From Eukaryota sp. TZLM1-RC (Eukaryota; Protista; Metamonada: BaSk clade), in NCBI GenBank assembly GCA_040285825.1, contig JAUPSS010000007.1, forward strand, positions 1,648,689 through 1,712,688: a DNA stretch of 64,000 nt, given 5' to 3'. This document shows positions 62,435-64,000 of this stretch, piece after piece. The position numbers were made by a program, and so were the translations under genes. The notes under the pieces were generated by a model. The model searched no databases, had not been told where the DNA came from, and was given only the letters and a program-made list of their open reading frames with translations. Each line of letters opens with the position of its first letter. Positions within the stretch are counted from its first letter, which is position 1.

Positions 62435-64000
62435 ATGGCAATCTCGAAAAACTCAATCATCAAAGCATTTGGTCTTCGAGGGTTCACTCTTCGCTCCAAA
62501 GCATGTCATCACATACTACAACTGCTGAAGAAGCCTTCCAACACCTTCACGCTTGACACAATTATTGAAAAGGTTGAATTGCTTCTAAACGATACTGGTT
62601 CTCCATTGGTTACTCTAGACGTTGTTAAACAAGCTCTCGAAGATGCAATAGACGTAGAACATGCAGTTAACCCACTTGTGATTTATAATGATAATTCAAA
62701 TTATTTATTTTATGGATCTGATACTTATTGTTTTAAAACAGTGTTGTTATCCAATAATTGCCTATTTTCAGATCAATCTGCCTTTTTTAATCGTTTTTCA
62801 GAACAATTTCATATTTTAAAAAGAAGCCTTTTGAACACTGGACAAGTTTTTCGTTCTTCTATAACATCAAGTAATTTCTCAACAAACATCGTACCACTTT
62901 CTTCAATAGCTACATCACATTCAAACACAACAGTAACAACATTGGGTTTATTAGTTCAGACAGACACGTCGTGGCAGCTTGAAGACATTGCAGGTAAAGT
63001 ACAACTTTCCTTTGAGTCACCTCTACCACCCTCACATGGATTTTTCTCTGAAGGATGCTGGGTATTGGTGACAGGAAAATGGATAGGTTCTTCACTATGT
63101 GTTGAACAGATGTCTTTACCTCCATTGGCTTCACGAAGTCAAGTTATACATGATCTATCTGCTGCTGATAGACGAACACTGTTGGGCATTAACAGCATTG
63201 CCGATGAAGAGCATCTTGAAGTAATGAAATCTAATATTGCAGCTGAGAATGAAACAATATACATCTTTTCGGATGTTCATCTCAATGTACCATCTGTGGT
63301 CGATCGCCTTATCTCTGCCTTTTCTACACTCGAATGTGGACTTGCTGAAGATTCATTATCTCCTCCACGATTGATTGTTCTCATGGGCAACTTTCTTAAA
63401 CATGAGGGTGACATTTGCTCAAAACAAAAAGAACTAGAGTCTGCACTTGTATCATTTGGTGTTCAATGTTCTGCATTTTCCCAACTATTCTCAACATCCT
63501 CTCTCATGTTCATCCCTGGTCCTAACGACCCTCTGCCCGATGTCCTCCCTCGTCCTAGTCTCCCACAGCCATGCCAACAAGCATTTACCACAGCTTTTGG
63601 TTTCCCGAATGTCTCTTTTTGTCCCAGTCCCATTCGAATAAGGTATTATGACAAAGATATTCTTTTCCATCGTGATGATTTCGTTTTTCAATTGTGTAGA
63701 GATGTGGTCGTTCAGCCAGAGGAGTGTGTGTCTTTGGGGATTCATATTGCACACACTTTGGCCTCTCAGCGCCATCTTTGCCCTGTCTCTACTCAATCTA
63801 GAGCAATCGTGTGGCATCAAGACTCTGTTTTGAGGCTTTTTCCTTTACCAGATGTGGTAGTTTTGGGAGATTCGTTTGCTGGTGATTTTGTTGAGGTAGT
63901 TGGGGAAAGCAGTTGGGGTAATTTGCCTGCGTTTGGGGAGACTTTTAGTTTTGTTTCTGTTAGACCTTTTGAAAGTGAAAAAATTGGCTTTCATTATATT
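62435..64000 (+). CDS. POLE2: DNA polymerase epsilon subunit 2 (stop codon just beyond window, so absent from ORF track)
   Basis: Frame from ATG 62435: KAFGLRGFTLR, LEDIAGKV, GFFSEGCWVL, FSDVHL, LMGNF, FIPGPNDP..LPRP, SQRHLCP, LRLFPLPD; last codon 63998..64000 in frame. Confidence 0.93.
   Translation, partial: MAISKNSIIKAFGLRGFTLRSKACHHILQLLKKPSNTFTLDTIIEKVELLLNDTGSPLVTLDVVKQALEDAIDVEHAVNPLVIYNDNSNYLFYGSDTYCFKTVLLSNNCLFSDQSAFFNRFSEQFHILKRSLLNTGQVFRSSITSSNFSTNIVPLSSIATSHSNTTVTTLGLLVQTDTSWQLEDIAGKVQLSFESPLPPSHGFFSEGCWVLVTGKWIGSSLCVEQMSLPPLASRSQVIHDLSAADRRTLLGINSIADEEHLEVMKSNIAAENETIYIFSDVHLNVPSVVDRLISAFSTLECGLAEDSLSPPRLIVLMGNFLKHEGDICSKQKELESALVSFGVQCSAFSQLFSTSSLMFIPGPNDPLPDVLPRPSLPQPCQQAFTTAFGFPNVSFCPSPIRIRYYDKDILFHRDDFVFQLCRDVVVQPEECVSLGIHIAHTLASQRHLCPVSTQSRAIVWHQDSVLRLFPLPDVVVLGDSFAGDFVEVVGESSWGNLPAFGETFSFVSVRPFESEKIGFHYI

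Overview
Eukaryotic (protist-like, AT-rich, intronless genes, standard code) window spanning the edge of an rDNA locus. Left 39.5 kb, all on the minus strand: one complete 18S-5.8S-28S unit with upstream spacer repeats (2.07-kb and ~460-bp), followed downstream by at least three head-to-tail copies of a ~4.6-kb site-specific non-LTR retrotransposon (CRE-like RT plus restriction-like endonuclease, with an N-terminal PIP box, zinc fingers and an RNase H placed before the RT). Each visible element 3' end is fused at the same base to a 399-nt copy of the 28S 3' end, and each 5' end is fused at the same base inside a hairpin of the ~460-bp repeat, so the element array targets rDNA yet leaves the 28S gene intact. 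The ~460-bp repeat is itself an amplified 28S 3' terminus plus 3' ETS. Right 24.5 kb: housekeeping genes (Ufd2/UBE4, PHAF1-like, PheRS beta, POLE2) interleaved with mobile DNA: four Fanzor (TnpB-like) loci or relics (one fused to a PolB-type exonuclease, one retaining the RuvC triad and a hairpin-rich 3' flank), a 1.1-kb gag-only LTR element, and decayed non-LTR fragments. Many frameshifts sit in homopolymers and may be long-read errors. All assignments are from motif recognition by eye; no searches were run.
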